64,000 nucleotides of DNA from Trichoplax adhaerens (Eukaryota > Animalia > Placozoa). The position numbers were made by a program, and so were the translations under genes. Under the pieces are notes generated by a model that searched no databases, was not told where the DNA came from, and worked only from the letters and a program-made list of their open reading frames with translations. The DNA lies in NCBI RefSeq assembly GCF_000150275.1, contig NW_002060949.1:2291836-2355835 (forward strand), given 5' to 3'. Positions 63,922-64,000 of this stretch are shown here, one piece after another (the stretch's first letter is position 1; each line of letters starts with the position of its first letter).

Positions 63922-64000
63922 CTAAAAAATAACATCAAAGTGCAGAAATCTGTTTCAGACTAAATTATTGAAAGATACTTAGACTGCGTCTTTGTATATT

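Overview
AT-rich, intron-dense animal genomic DNA. The composition, short GT-AG introns, gene content and intronless class C GPCR suggest a placozoan such as Trichoplax; that assignment is inference, not verified. Genes read by manually splicing exons: the 3' end of a Tctex1-domain dynein light chain and a second tandem Tctex1 gene; TRIR/C19orf43; a SAMD1-like chromatin protein with three winged-helix domains, a double PHD finger and a SAM domain; a theta-class GST; MTG1; kinesin-13 (KIF2); and two tandem OvoA (ovothiol sulfoxide synthase/methyltransferase) paralogs flanking an intronless class C GPCR. Non-coding structure: several minisatellites, a 322-bp TG...CA insertion with a 5-bp target-site duplication (solo-LTR-like), a 46-bp-arm hairpin, and TACAG/CTGTA pentamer clusters that repeatedly sit just upstream of gene starts. 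The best leads are the OvoA-GPCR-OvoA cluster (copy 2 has a divergent SAM-binding motif), the SAMD1/KAT6 hybrid architecture, and the promoter-associated pentamer islands. Exon boundaries were read by eye and may be off by a few bases.
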